Below are positions 50,162 to 59,025 of a stretch of DNA of 62,945 nt, in pieces; position 1 is the stretch's first letter, and each line of letters begins with the position of its first letter. The notes under the pieces were generated by a model. It was not told the DNA's origin. It saw only the letters and a program-made list of their open reading frames with translations, and searched no databases. The position numbers and the translations under genes were made by a program. The stretch lies in NCBI GenBank assembly GCA_018813065.1, contig JAHJCH010000337.1:1-62945 (forward strand), read 5' to 3'. The DNA is from Myxococcota bacterium. Lineage in GTDB: Bacteria; Myxococcota_A; Bradymonadia; UBA7976; UBA1532.

Positions 50162-51031
50162 ATGCCTCATCTTGATCTGCACCCGCCCAAGCCTGTCTCC
50201 AACTTCCGTCGGATCGCCATTGGCACCTGGGCGCGCAGCGACGATCCTTCGGTCTACGGCACGATCACAGCGCGGATGGACGCGGCCGAGGCGTATATGC
50301 GCCGCTACCACGAGGTGACGGGGGCGCGGCTGACGATCAACCACCTGATGGCCAAGGCCATGGGCGCGGCGCTGACCCGCGTGCCCCAAGCCAACGCCGT
50401 GCTGCGGTTTAACCGGCTCTACCAGCGCCGCCGGATCGGCGTCTTCTTCCAGGTGGCGATGCTCGACGAGGGCGAGGACAAGATCGACCTCTCGGGCCTG
50501 ACGCTCTATGACGTGGAGCGGCTGAGCCTCGCCGAGATCATCACCGCCTTCGAGGCCAAGGTGGAGGCGGTGCGCCGTCGCCAAGACCCCGCGTTGGAGC
50601 GCGCGCGGGCGCGCTTTCAGCAGATCCCCGCGCCGCTGCTCAACGTCGCCCTCAAGCTCATCCGCTTCTTCACCCTGACCCTCAACCTCGATCTGCGGCG
50701 GCTGGGGCTGCCCAACGATCCCTTTGGCTCAGTGATGATCACCAACATCGGCAGCTTGGGCTTAGAGATCGCCTACGCGCCGCTGGTGCCTTACTCCGGC
50801 GTGCCGCTCCTCTTGGCGCTCTCGGCGGTGGAGCGCGTGCCTGTCGTCGATGAGGGCGGCGCCATCGTCGCCCGCGCGGTGATGCGGATCAACGCCACCT
50901 TTGACCATCGCGTCATCGACGGCGCCCACGCGGCGATCATGGCCCGCGAGGTCAAGCGCCACCTCGAAGATCCGGAGGGCTGCTTTGGGCCGATCGAGGC
51001 CCGCTCAGGCGCGCTCGATGAGCAGCCCTGA
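50162..51031 (+). CDS. stand-alone 2-oxoacid dehydrogenase acyltransferase (E2) catalytic-domain protein
   Basis: FDHRVIDGAHAA matches the DHRxxDG catalytic motif near the C-terminus. No lipoyl domain. Confidence 0.75.
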   Translation: MPHLDLHPPKPVSNFRRIAIGTWARSDDPSVYGTITARMDAAEAYMRRYHEVTGARLTINHLMAKAMGAALTRVPQANAVLRFNRLYQRRRIGVFFQVAMLDEGEDKIDLSGLTLYDVERLSLAEIITAFEAKVEAVRRRQDPALERARARFQQIPAPLLNVALKLIRFFTLTLNLDLRRLGLPNDPFGSVMITNIGSLGLEIAYAPLVPYSGVPLLLALSAVERVPVVDEGGAIVARAVMRINATFDHRVIDGAHAAIMAREVKRHLEDPEGCFGPIEARSGALDEQP

Positions 51032-52336
51032 GAGCAAGTGGGTGGTGCCGGGGAGCTGATCGAGGAAGATCAAGCGGGTGACGCGCCACGGCGCCTTGAG
51101 GTGATCGAGATCCTCGCGGATCGCCACCGGGTTTGGCCCCCAATAGAGCGCGCGCTGCACCCCCAGCGCGTCGAAGCGGCGCATCACCTCTGGCCCCATT
51201 GGCCGCCCCATGGCGTGGATCAAGAGCAGCTCGGCCTGAAAGCCCCCGCTGAGGAGTCGGCGGGCGGCGTGCTCAGCGCGGCCTTGGCGAAACGTGGCGT
51301 TATGGACGCCTGCTTGCGCGGCGTTGAGCTGGGCATCCTCGGCGGCGGCGCGGATCATATCCACGCCCAGGAGGCTTTGGACGCGGCGGGCGAGGCTCAG
51401 GCTCAGGGTGCCCACGCCGCAGCCCAGCTCCAAAGCGCGATGATGTGGCTGTGGCTGGAGGGCGTCGAGGGTCAAGGCGCGCAGGGTGGCGGCGGAGCCT
51501 GGGGCTTGAGGGCTCCAGGCGGGGAGATGCGCCTTAAAGGCGTCGCCCTCCACGTTGAAGCGCAGCGCCGCGCTCTTGGCGGCGCGCAGCGGGCGGACAT
51601 CGCGCAGCGTGTCATAGCGGCTGGGGTGAACGGGCTCATAAAACAGCGGCGCCTCAACATCCAAGCGCGCCAGGGTATCGAGCAGGGCGGGCGTGATCGC
51701 CGGGGCGCTGAGGCCCAAGACCACCCGCCCGTTAAAGGGCTCGCCCGGGGGCGTCGGCCCGGCGCTGGCGATGACGTGGCGCAGCGCGCCTGCCCCCGTG
51801 GCCTCATCCCAGGCGCGCAGGCCCGCCGCCTCCAGCGCCGAGGCCATCACAGCCAGCAGCGCGCGGATCTCGGGGGTCTGCGCGGGGCAGCGGCGCAGAT
51901 CGATCAGCGCGTCGTGGCCCATCATGCCCAGGACCAACCCCCCTTGGGGATCATCAAAGGCCCGCGCGGTGACCTGGGCGCGATAGGCGTCCTCCTCGGC
52001 GCGGTGGCGCTCACCCGCCAGGCCCACGTTGAGGATGCGCTCATGACGCGCGGCCTTAAGCGCCCACTGCCGGGCGGCGCTGAGGTGGCGCAATGGGCAG
52101 CCTGGGCAGCGGGGCTGCTGATCACAGCGGGGATCGACGCGATGCGGCGCGGGATCGAGGATGGCGAGGGGCACGCCCAGGGGGCGACCTCGGGCATCCT
52201 GGGTGACATAGACGCGGGCGCGCTCACCGGGCTCAACGCTGGGGATACCGATAAAGCCCTCCCCCCAAGGGGCGAGCCCCAAGCCACGGCGCGTCATGCG
52301 CTCGACGCGCAGCTCAACCCACGGGGTCTGCTTCAT
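51005..52336 (-). CDS. TRAM-domain class I SAM-dependent RNA (uracil-5) methyltransferase, RlmD/TrmA family
   Basis: N-terminal TRAM-like beta barrel, a Cys cluster (CDQQPRCPGCPLRH) and the LELGCGVGTLS SAM motif. Its 3' end overlaps the convergent gene by 27 nt. Confidence 0.7.
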   Translation of the reverse strand: MKQTPWVELRVERMTRRGLGLAPWGEGFIGIPSVEPGERARVYVTQDARGRPLGVPLAILDPAPHRVDPRCDQQPRCPGCPLRHLSAARQWALKAARHERILNVGLAGERHRAEEDAYRAQVTARAFDDPQGGLVLGMMGHDALIDLRRCPAQTPEIRALLAVMASALEAAGLRAWDEATGAGALRHVIASAGPTPPGEPFNGRVVLGLSAPAITPALLDTLARLDVEAPLFYEPVHPSRYDTLRDVRPLRAAKSAALRFNVEGDAFKAHLPAWSPQAPGSAATLRALTLDALQPQPHHRALELGCGVGTLSLSLARRVQSLLGVDMIRAAAEDAQLNAAQAGVHNATFRQGRAEHAARRLLSGGFQAELLLIHAMGRPMGPEVMRRFDALGVQRALYWGPNPVAIREDLDHLKAPWRVTRLIFLDQLPGTTHLLSGLLIERA

Positions 52337-52395
52337 AAGGTGCTCTCTGAGGGGGAGATAAAGGGGAAGGAGGAGATAAAGGAGAAGGCGGGGAC

Positions 52396-54486
52396 TTAGA
52401 AGCCGGGGGTGAAGCGATTGATCTCTTGGGCGCGCTGCTCACCGGCGGTCCAGATGATGGCGCCGACCTCCCAGAAGTCATCGCGGTGACTAAACGTGCG
52501 ATCCCACTCCACGGCCAGCATCCCGCCGAGATAGACGCGCACGGTCACCTCGCTGCGCAGATCGGGCGCGCCGATGCGCATATTGGGGCTGTAATAATGC
52601 ACGCCGATGCGATAGGGGCTGCCGAGGCTGCTGGTATCCTCGGGCTCACGCACGTTGATGTTCTCAGGCCCCGCGCCGTTGACGTCATCGATATCCAGCG
52701 TGCAGTTATTGGCCGGACCCACGACGCCCCAATCTGGATTGGGATTCGCATAGAAGCAATCGAGCGGACCCATCTGCCACTGTGTCCCTCGGGGATGCAA
52801 CAAGTGCAGATCAATATCAGTGCCCTCTTGATCGGTCTGATCGGCGTCATCGGGCGTATCCCACACCAGCTGAATATGGATATCAGAGTCGGGGCGAGCA
52901 TCGATGTGGACCAAGGCGGCGGGCTGAGAGCAGGTCGCCGAGGGCGCGATCATATCGAGGTTATCCACCACGTTAAGCTCAAGGACATACTCACCGGCCA
53001 GATCGACGAAGAAGAAGGCGTTGGGTGTGCCCTCATCATCGGCGAGGCCGCCGTCGGCGGGGCGGGCGAGGTTAAAGAAGCTCTCGACGGGCAGGGCGGT
53101 GGAGCCGGGCGGCGCTTGAATGACGCTCCAGCGATACTTAACGGGCTTGCCATCGGGGCCATCGAGATCCATGGAGCAGCTGGCGTCGAGGGAGATGATC
53201 TCCAGCGGCGGGACGTTGAACTCCTCTTGGGCGACGCAGGCGACGGGGCACTCATTGATCGTACCCAGACCGGTGATGGGGATCTCATACTCACCTGGCG
53301 TGTTCACATCGGCATAGAGAGCGGGGTCATTGGTGACGACGACGAGCGTGCCGGTATAAGGTGCTTGCTGAGTGGGATGGAAGTTCAACGTGATATTACG
53401 ATTGGGATAAAAGCTATCCTGGCTCGCGTCGAAGGCGGGCAGCTCATAAGGGAACTCGGGCAACGTATTTTCATCAAGGGTGAAGGCATCAGAGGAGCCA
53501 TCCTTGAGATAAACGTCCAAGATCATTAGCTTCTCACCACCGCAGCTCTCTAAGCTCACGGGACGCGAGGTCGTGCGATTGATCAAGGAGGCGGGGAACT
53601 CAATGGGGTTGGGATCAACGCGGGCGCAGGGGCTGGCGCCGTTGGCCTTTAGAGCAACCTTGTACTCGGGTTGGATGGTGTCATTGGAGAAAATTGAGAG
53701 AAAACCCTCATCCTGCCCATCGGTCAAGGTCTGATAATGCACCATGATATCGAAGCTCTGACCGTTCTTGAGGCCAGGCACGCCATCGCCATCGGGATCG
53801 ACGAGCACGCTGGAGTTGAGCACGGGATCTTCCCCGCCGACGGTCACCCAAAAGCCATTGGGATCAGCCGCTTGGGGGTCCGCCGCCGAGCCGCTGACCT
53901 GAAGGCGGAGGATCTGGAGCGGCGCCTGACCGATATTGGTCACGGTCACGGGCAGCTCGCTGATGGTGCGGGCGGGGACGCGCTCAAAGTCCACGGTGGT
54001 GGGGGCGACGGCGATCTCAGGCGCCGTATCGGGCACCTCGATGGGGATGCTGCCCTCGGGCTTGGCCGTGGAGTTGGTGCGGAAGCGCAGCACGCCGCTG
54101 GGGGCGGCGGTGCTTGTGGGCGTATAGCTCATGATCAAGGTGAGCGTCTCACCCGAGGGCACATCGATATAGGCGGGCAGGCTATTGACGCCGCCCTCTA
54201 CGCCCACGCGCTGCTGTGTCTCACCGGGCTTGATCCAATACAGGTTGAACTCGGCGCCGAAGCTGGGATCGAACTCCGCGATGCGCAGCTCGCCCCCGCC
54301 GATGCTCTCGATGTTGACGCGCTGCTCGCCGTGCTCGCCGACCGACAGCCGTTGAAAACGGAAGGTGGGGGGGGTGATCAGGTAGTCACCCTCAGCGGAG
54401 TCCGCGATGTTGTCTTTACAACCGAAAACCAGGGCGAGCATAAACAGCATCGCCCAGGGGCGCTTTACCCCACGCATCATCATCAT
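52396..54486 (-). CDS. lipoprotein with Ig-like repeats and a DUF2135-like C-terminal domain
   Basis: Lipobox LVFGC. C-terminal LVWD....DIDLHLLHP...LDIDDVNGAGPENI...YRIGVHYYS resembles the DUF2135 pattern. Confidence 0.6.
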   Translation of the reverse strand: MMMMRGVKRPWAMLFMLALVFGCKDNIADSAEGDYLITPPTFRFQRLSVGEHGEQRVNIESIGGGELRIAEFDPSFGAEFNLYWIKPGETQQRVGVEGGVNSLPAYIDVPSGETLTLIMSYTPTSTAAPSGVLRFRTNSTAKPEGSIPIEVPDTAPEIAVAPTTVDFERVPARTISELPVTVTNIGQAPLQILRLQVSGSAADPQAADPNGFWVTVGGEDPVLNSSVLVDPDGDGVPGLKNGQSFDIMVHYQTLTDGQDEGFLSIFSNDTIQPEYKVALKANGASPCARVDPNPIEFPASLINRTTSRPVSLESCGGEKLMILDVYLKDGSSDAFTLDENTLPEFPYELPAFDASQDSFYPNRNITLNFHPTQQAPYTGTLVVVTNDPALYADVNTPGEYEIPITGLGTINECPVACVAQEEFNVPPLEIISLDASCSMDLDGPDGKPVKYRWSVIQAPPGSTALPVESFFNLARPADGGLADDEGTPNAFFFVDLAGEYVLELNVVDNLDMIAPSATCSQPAALVHIDARPDSDIHIQLVWDTPDDADQTDQEGTDIDLHLLHPRGTQWQMGPLDCFYANPNPDWGVVGPANNCTLDIDDVNGAGPENINVREPEDTSSLGSPYRIGVHYYSPNMRIGAPDLRSEVTVRVYLGGMLAVEWDRTFSHRDDFWEVGAIIWTAGEQRAQEINRFTPGF

Positions 54487-54591
54487 CCAAGACTCCTCAT
54501 GTACCCGGTGCTTAGAGAGCTGTCAGGCTATCTTGGAGAGGCATTCCTAAAAAGCCAGTGCAAAAAATCACCCGGCGAGGGGGGGGCCAGA

Positions 54592-56853
54592 TTACGGCGA
54601 AGGCGGGGCGATCTCCAGCGCGGCGCTCAGGGGCGCGGCGAGGGCGGCGCGGGCGCGCTGACAGCGGCTGAGGCGCGCCAGGGCGGCTTGCGTCATTGAC
54701 GCGGCGGCCTCAGCGGGCAGGAGGGGGGCCAAGCCATCCAGATAGCGGCGCGCCTGAGGCAGATCATCACAGAGATCATCACAGAGCCACGCCAAGCCCA
54801 CGCGCGCCTCCAGCGGCAGGGCCTTGAGGCTGCCTTGACGGCCCAAGACCCAGGCCCGCGCCGCCGCCCGCGCCTGGGGGGCCTCCACGCCGCGGATGAT
54901 CGTGCGCAGCTCATGAGGCTGCAAGGCCCCGTCGAGCAGCAGATCGAGGGTCTGACGGACCAGATCGGGATCTTGAAAAGAGCTGAGGGCGCGCAGGAGG
55001 TGGGCGCGGCGGAGGGGCGGGGCGGCCTCCAGCTGAGCGCGGATGCGTCGCCACAGGGCCGCGTCTCCGCGCCAAGCGGCGATGGGCCACAGCGCATCGG
55101 CGTCGGGATCGAGGGGGGCATTGGGGTTCGCCAAGGCCGCCTCCACCGCCGCTTGAGCGCGGGCGAAGAGGGCCTCATCCGCCCCCAGCCACGCCAGGGC
55201 CAGGAGGCGGCGGGCGCGCAGACGAGGCGGCTCAGGCCCCTTAAATGGCGCGCCCAATGTGCGCCTCGCCCAAGCCTTGAGCCCCGCGCGGCCCTGGCTG
55301 GGGCACACGCGGGCGAGGGCGGGCAGCGCGTCGAGGACACTTGAGAGCAGATCGGGGGCGCCCGCCTTGCCCATCGCCTCCAGGGCCTCCAGCGCCGCCT
55401 TGGGGGCCAGGGCGCCGATCATCGCCGCCGCCTCCAAGCTCGGCCCCAAGGCCGCCCGCTCCCGCGCCGTCAGCGCGTCGAGGTGGGCCAAGAGTGGCTG
55501 AATCGGCGCGCTCCAGAGATACCGCCCGCGCTGATCCGCGTTGGGGTGCAGCCAGGCGGGGCAACCGGACAGAGACAGGACGCGGGTCGCCTCGGTCAAG
55601 ACAAGGCACTGACGAATGGCGGGCTGATCCTTGAGGGCATAACGAAAGCAAACGGGCAGGGGGCGAAGCGGCGTGGCGGGCATGGGCGCGAAGGCATAAG
55701 GGCGCCTCGTCAGGCGCAGCGCGTGGGCGGGGCAATCCAGCTCAACTTCAAGGAGGGGGACATGAGTCACTTGGAGGCTCTCGCCGAGGGGCAAGCCTGT
55801 ATGGGCGTTGATCAGGGCATCGAGCGCACACGCGCCGCCCTCCTCGGCGCAAGCGAGGGCGGCGTTGAGCACGGCGGCCGCATCGGACTGCGCGGCGATG
55901 GCCTCAAAGGCCAGCGGATCATCGAGGGCGGGGGCCTCGGGCTGAGCCGCCAGGGCGTTGACCTCACCGCCGGCGCGGGCCACATCAAGGCGCTGCCCCT
56001 CGGGCGCGGCGCGGGTCAGGGCGCGGGCGAGGTAGCGCAGGAGCCCGGCGGGGGGCACATTTTTAAAACGCGCGCGGGCCAGGGTGATCGCCACAAGCTC
56101 CGCCGACCAAGCGCGCCGTTGAGGGGTGGCGGTGGCCTCATCGACGAGGAGCAGATCCGCGTCGATCAGCCAAAGCGCCCCGGCGCCGCCCTGCCCACCG
56201 GGGATCGCCAGCAGCGTAATCGAGGGGATCTTCAGCGCCGCTTGGAGTTGGGGCAGCCAGCGCGCCGCCGTCATCGCGCGATCATCCTCGCCGGGCAACG
56301 TCCAAAGCCCCGCCGCGCCCTCAACGGGCTCAAAGGGGCCGACGGCGAGGGCCAGCGGCCCTTGAGTGATGTCGATGCCCGTCTCCGCAGCGGCGGGGTG
56401 GCTGATCAGCAGCTGCTGCTCGGGTGGAGTCTTGATCTCAAGGCGGATTTGGCGCGCCGCAGGCAGCCACGACCTGGGCGGCAGAAAGACCAGGTATCGC
56501 GCCCCCGCTTCGCCCTCGACGCGCAGGCCCTCGGGCGGCGCCAGCGCCCCCTTGAGCGTCACCGCGCCCGCCGCCAGGGGCGGATCGAAGCGCCAGCCAT
56601 CGCCCTCTCGACGCGCGCCCTCCAAACGCAGGGTGGGCGGCGCATCAAGAGGGAGCCAGGGGGTCGGCGCATCGAGGTTAAGGTTGAGGCTGAGCTGAAT
56701 CGGCGGCGGCGCCTCAGGATCGAGCGCCCAGGAGAGCGTCAGCGCCTCGATCTGGGGCGGCTGCGGCGGGCTGGGGAGGGGCGGGGGGCCAGCGCAGCTG
56801 AGGAGGAGGAGCGCCCAGGCGCAGAGGAGCGGGAGAGGGGATGGGTTGAGCAT
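54592..56853 (-). CDS. lipoprotein, M1-aminopeptidase-like with an ERAP1_C-type helical C-terminus; no HEXXH seen
   Basis: ATG at 56851-56853 (MLNPSPLPLLCAWALLLLSC). The C-terminal LLRALSSFQDPDLVRQTLDLLLDGALQPHELRTII is ERAP1_C-like. I could find no HEXXH or GAMEN motif. Confidence 0.45.
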   Translation of the reverse strand: MLNPSPLPLLCAWALLLLSCAGPPPLPSPPQPPQIEALTLSWALDPEAPPPIQLSLNLNLDAPTPWLPLDAPPTLRLEGARREGDGWRFDPPLAAGAVTLKGALAPPEGLRVEGEAGARYLVFLPPRSWLPAARQIRLEIKTPPEQQLLISHPAAAETGIDITQGPLALAVGPFEPVEGAAGLWTLPGEDDRAMTAARWLPQLQAALKIPSITLLAIPGGQGGAGALWLIDADLLLVDEATATPQRRAWSAELVAITLARARFKNVPPAGLLRYLARALTRAAPEGQRLDVARAGGEVNALAAQPEAPALDDPLAFEAIAAQSDAAAVLNAALACAEEGGACALDALINAHTGLPLGESLQVTHVPLLEVELDCPAHALRLTRRPYAFAPMPATPLRPLPVCFRYALKDQPAIRQCLVLTEATRVLSLSGCPAWLHPNADQRGRYLWSAPIQPLLAHLDALTARERAALGPSLEAAAMIGALAPKAALEALEAMGKAGAPDLLSSVLDALPALARVCPSQGRAGLKAWARRTLGAPFKGPEPPRLRARRLLALAWLGADEALFARAQAAVEAALANPNAPLDPDADALWPIAAWRGDAALWRRIRAQLEAAPPLRRAHLLRALSSFQDPDLVRQTLDLLLDGALQPHELRTIIRGVEAPQARAAARAWVLGRQGSLKALPLEARVGLAWLCDDLCDDLPQARRYLDGLAPLLPAEAAASMTQAALARLSRCQRARAALAAPLSAALEIAPPSP

Positions 56854-56938
56854 GGCCGGGGCAGGATAAGAGGGGCGCGGCGCGGTGACAATCGTCCTCG
56901 TAGAAGCGGCGGCGCGGGTCTTTGAGGGCTGGATCGAG

Positions 56939-58291
56939 TCAGCGATCGTAGTTGCGCGGCGCGAACTTGGCGTAGAGGCCGTCAAAGACCCCCTTGGGAT
57001 CCATCTTGGCCTTAAACGCCTCAAGCCGTGGGCGGTCGTAGATCCGCCAAAACGCCTCTTCGGTGTAGTGATTGCGTGAGATCAGCGTCTTGACCCCGCC
57101 CAGCTCAGTGACTTTGCGCTCCAAGACCTCCGACCAGTCGATCTCAGGGTCGCTGTTGGGCTTACCGTAGACCGCGCAGTCGATCACGAAGCCATCGCCG
57201 ACCCCTGGGCGCCACGCATCAGCCACCCAAGGATAAACGCCCGGCATCTGATAGGGCACGATCCAGAGCGGGAAGAAGTCGAAGACCTCGACATACCAAG
57301 ACATAAACTCGGGCATGCGCGCGGCGGGGATAAAGACATCCACCACCACCTCGGGGCGGCGCTTCATTTTGAGGAAGGGCTTGACCCGATCAGACCAGCG
57401 GATGAGGTTGGTTGAGCCAAGAATCCAGCGTCCAAAGAGGCGACGCACGATGGGGTTCTCGAAGCCCGGCAGTGTGCGCGTGAGCCAGTGGCACTCGGCG
57501 TCATAGCGGAAGAAGTATTGCTCGGCGGTGAGGTGATCCTCTCGCTTGACGAGGGTGCTGCGATAGTAGATGCCTTGGCGCTCATAATCCGAGAGCTGAG
57601 GCGCCTCATCGACGAAGTTACCCAGGCAGATCACCCAGGCGTCGGGGCCGTGGATGATGCCATCGATAAAGGCGTAGTCATCGCCCGCGCAGAGGGCCTG
57701 CAACTCAGCCCACCACGGCTCAAAGCGCTGATGCATCCGGTGTTCAAGGCGCACGAAGGGCTTCGCGGGGATCAGCTCAAAGGTCAGCGCGGTGAGCACG
57801 CCGCAGGTGCCATACGCGCCGTGCATCAGCTCAAACATCTCCTCACCGCGCGCGCAGGTCTGGATCTGGCCCAGGCCGTCCACCAGCTCATAGGAGAGGC
57901 AGCTGTCGTGAAACCCGCCATAGCGATAAGACATGGACTCCACGGAGCAGCCCGCCACGGCCCCGCCGATGGTGATGGTGCGCAGCTCAGGCACGGTCTT
58001 AGGCGCGAGCCCATGAGGGAGGGTGGCGCGCACCAAGTCCATAAAGGTCACGCCCGCCTCGGCGCGGCAGCTCCGCCCCGCCACGTCCAGCTCAAGGATC
58101 TCGGTGAGATCGCTCACGTCCACGGGGCGCTTTTCTTGGCGCGGCGCGTGGGGGTTGGGCACGAAGTGGGAGACGGTCTCGCGGACCGCGCGGACCCGCT
58201 GACCGGCCTCAGCGGCGGCCGCGATGGTGGCGGCGACGCGGGCGACGCGGGCGTCATGTCGGGGGAGGGCTTGAGGATCAGGGCTGAACAT
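56939..58291 (-). CDS. FAD-binding (FAD_binding_4 / DHCR24-like) oxidoreductase
   Basis: ATG at 58289-58291. The TIGGAVAGCSVES region is PCMH-type FAD-binding, and the length and layout match FAD-linked oxidases. Confidence 0.7.
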   Translation of the reverse strand: MFSPDPQALPRHDARVARVAATIAAAAEAGQRVRAVRETVSHFVPNPHAPRQEKRPVDVSDLTEILELDVAGRSCRAEAGVTFMDLVRATLPHGLAPKTVPELRTITIGGAVAGCSVESMSYRYGGFHDSCLSYELVDGLGQIQTCARGEEMFELMHGAYGTCGVLTALTFELIPAKPFVRLEHRMHQRFEPWWAELQALCAGDDYAFIDGIIHGPDAWVICLGNFVDEAPQLSDYERQGIYYRSTLVKREDHLTAEQYFFRYDAECHWLTRTLPGFENPIVRRLFGRWILGSTNLIRWSDRVKPFLKMKRRPEVVVDVFIPAARMPEFMSWYVEVFDFFPLWIVPYQMPGVYPWVADAWRPGVGDGFVIDCAVYGKPNSDPEIDWSEVLERKVTELGGVKTLISRNHYTEEAFWRIYDRPRLEAFKAKMDPKGVFDGLYAKFAPRNYDR

Positions 58292-58493
58292 CGTGGGGCC
58301 TCGTGACAGAGAGTGGACCCTAATATCAAAGGACGCGGGTCGAGGACAGCGCGGCTCAGCCCTCCGCGCGACGCCTTCGCGATCACCCACACAGGTCAAT
58401 GGCGCTCAACCCACGCGACGCTCACCGCAGGTCTGGTGAAGCGAGGGCTGACATAAGCGGCGGAAATAGGTGGCACTGGATTTACTCAATGAT

Positions 58494-58904
58494 TTAATTA
58501 AAATCCTCATCTGGAAACCTAAATTCACCCTGACGGTTCCAATCTCGGGTGCCATGCTCCTTTGCGTGACAGCCTTGGCAAAGCCAAATCACTGTAAGAT
58601 GTGGACGCTTGCCTTCATAGCTTGGGTGATGCGCTTGCAATGGAATTGCTCGGGAACAACGCTCACAATGTGATTTTTTACTTAATAGTCCTTTTTTTAA
58701 CGCTGCTCTTGTTTTTCTTCGCACTCTTTCCTTAATCGGATCACGTTTTCTTTTAACTCCTTTGCTTAAATCAAGCTCCTGTTTACGCTTGAGTTCGCAT
58801 GACTTACACGCAGCGCGATAGCCTGATTTTACATAGTGATTTTGACGATAAAAACGATCCAAAGGTAGTTCTTTTTTACAAATTGAGCATTTTTTGTATT
58901 TCAT
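58494..58904 (-). CDS. HNH endonuclease (phage/homing type) with an N-terminal zinc ribbon
   Basis: GGAGGA SD and ATG at 58902-58904 (MKYKKCSICKKELPLDRF...CKSC). C-terminal CERC...AHHPSYEGKRPHLTVIWLCQGCHAKEH HNH motif. AT-rich. Confidence 0.7.
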   Translation of the reverse strand: MKYKKCSICKKELPLDRFYRQNHYVKSGYRAACKSCELKRKQELDLSKGVKRKRDPIKERVRRKTRAALKKGLLSKKSHCERCSRAIPLQAHHPSYEGKRPHLTVIWLCQGCHAKEHGTRDWNRQGEFRFPDEDFN

Positions 58905-59025
58905 AAATCCTCCACAGGCGAAAACGGCGCATATGCGCATCTTCGGACAAAATTAAAAATTACTCAAAAAAATGAAAGAACAATTCGATAGATTAACAAG
59001 CTAATTCCAAACTGTAATTACTAAA

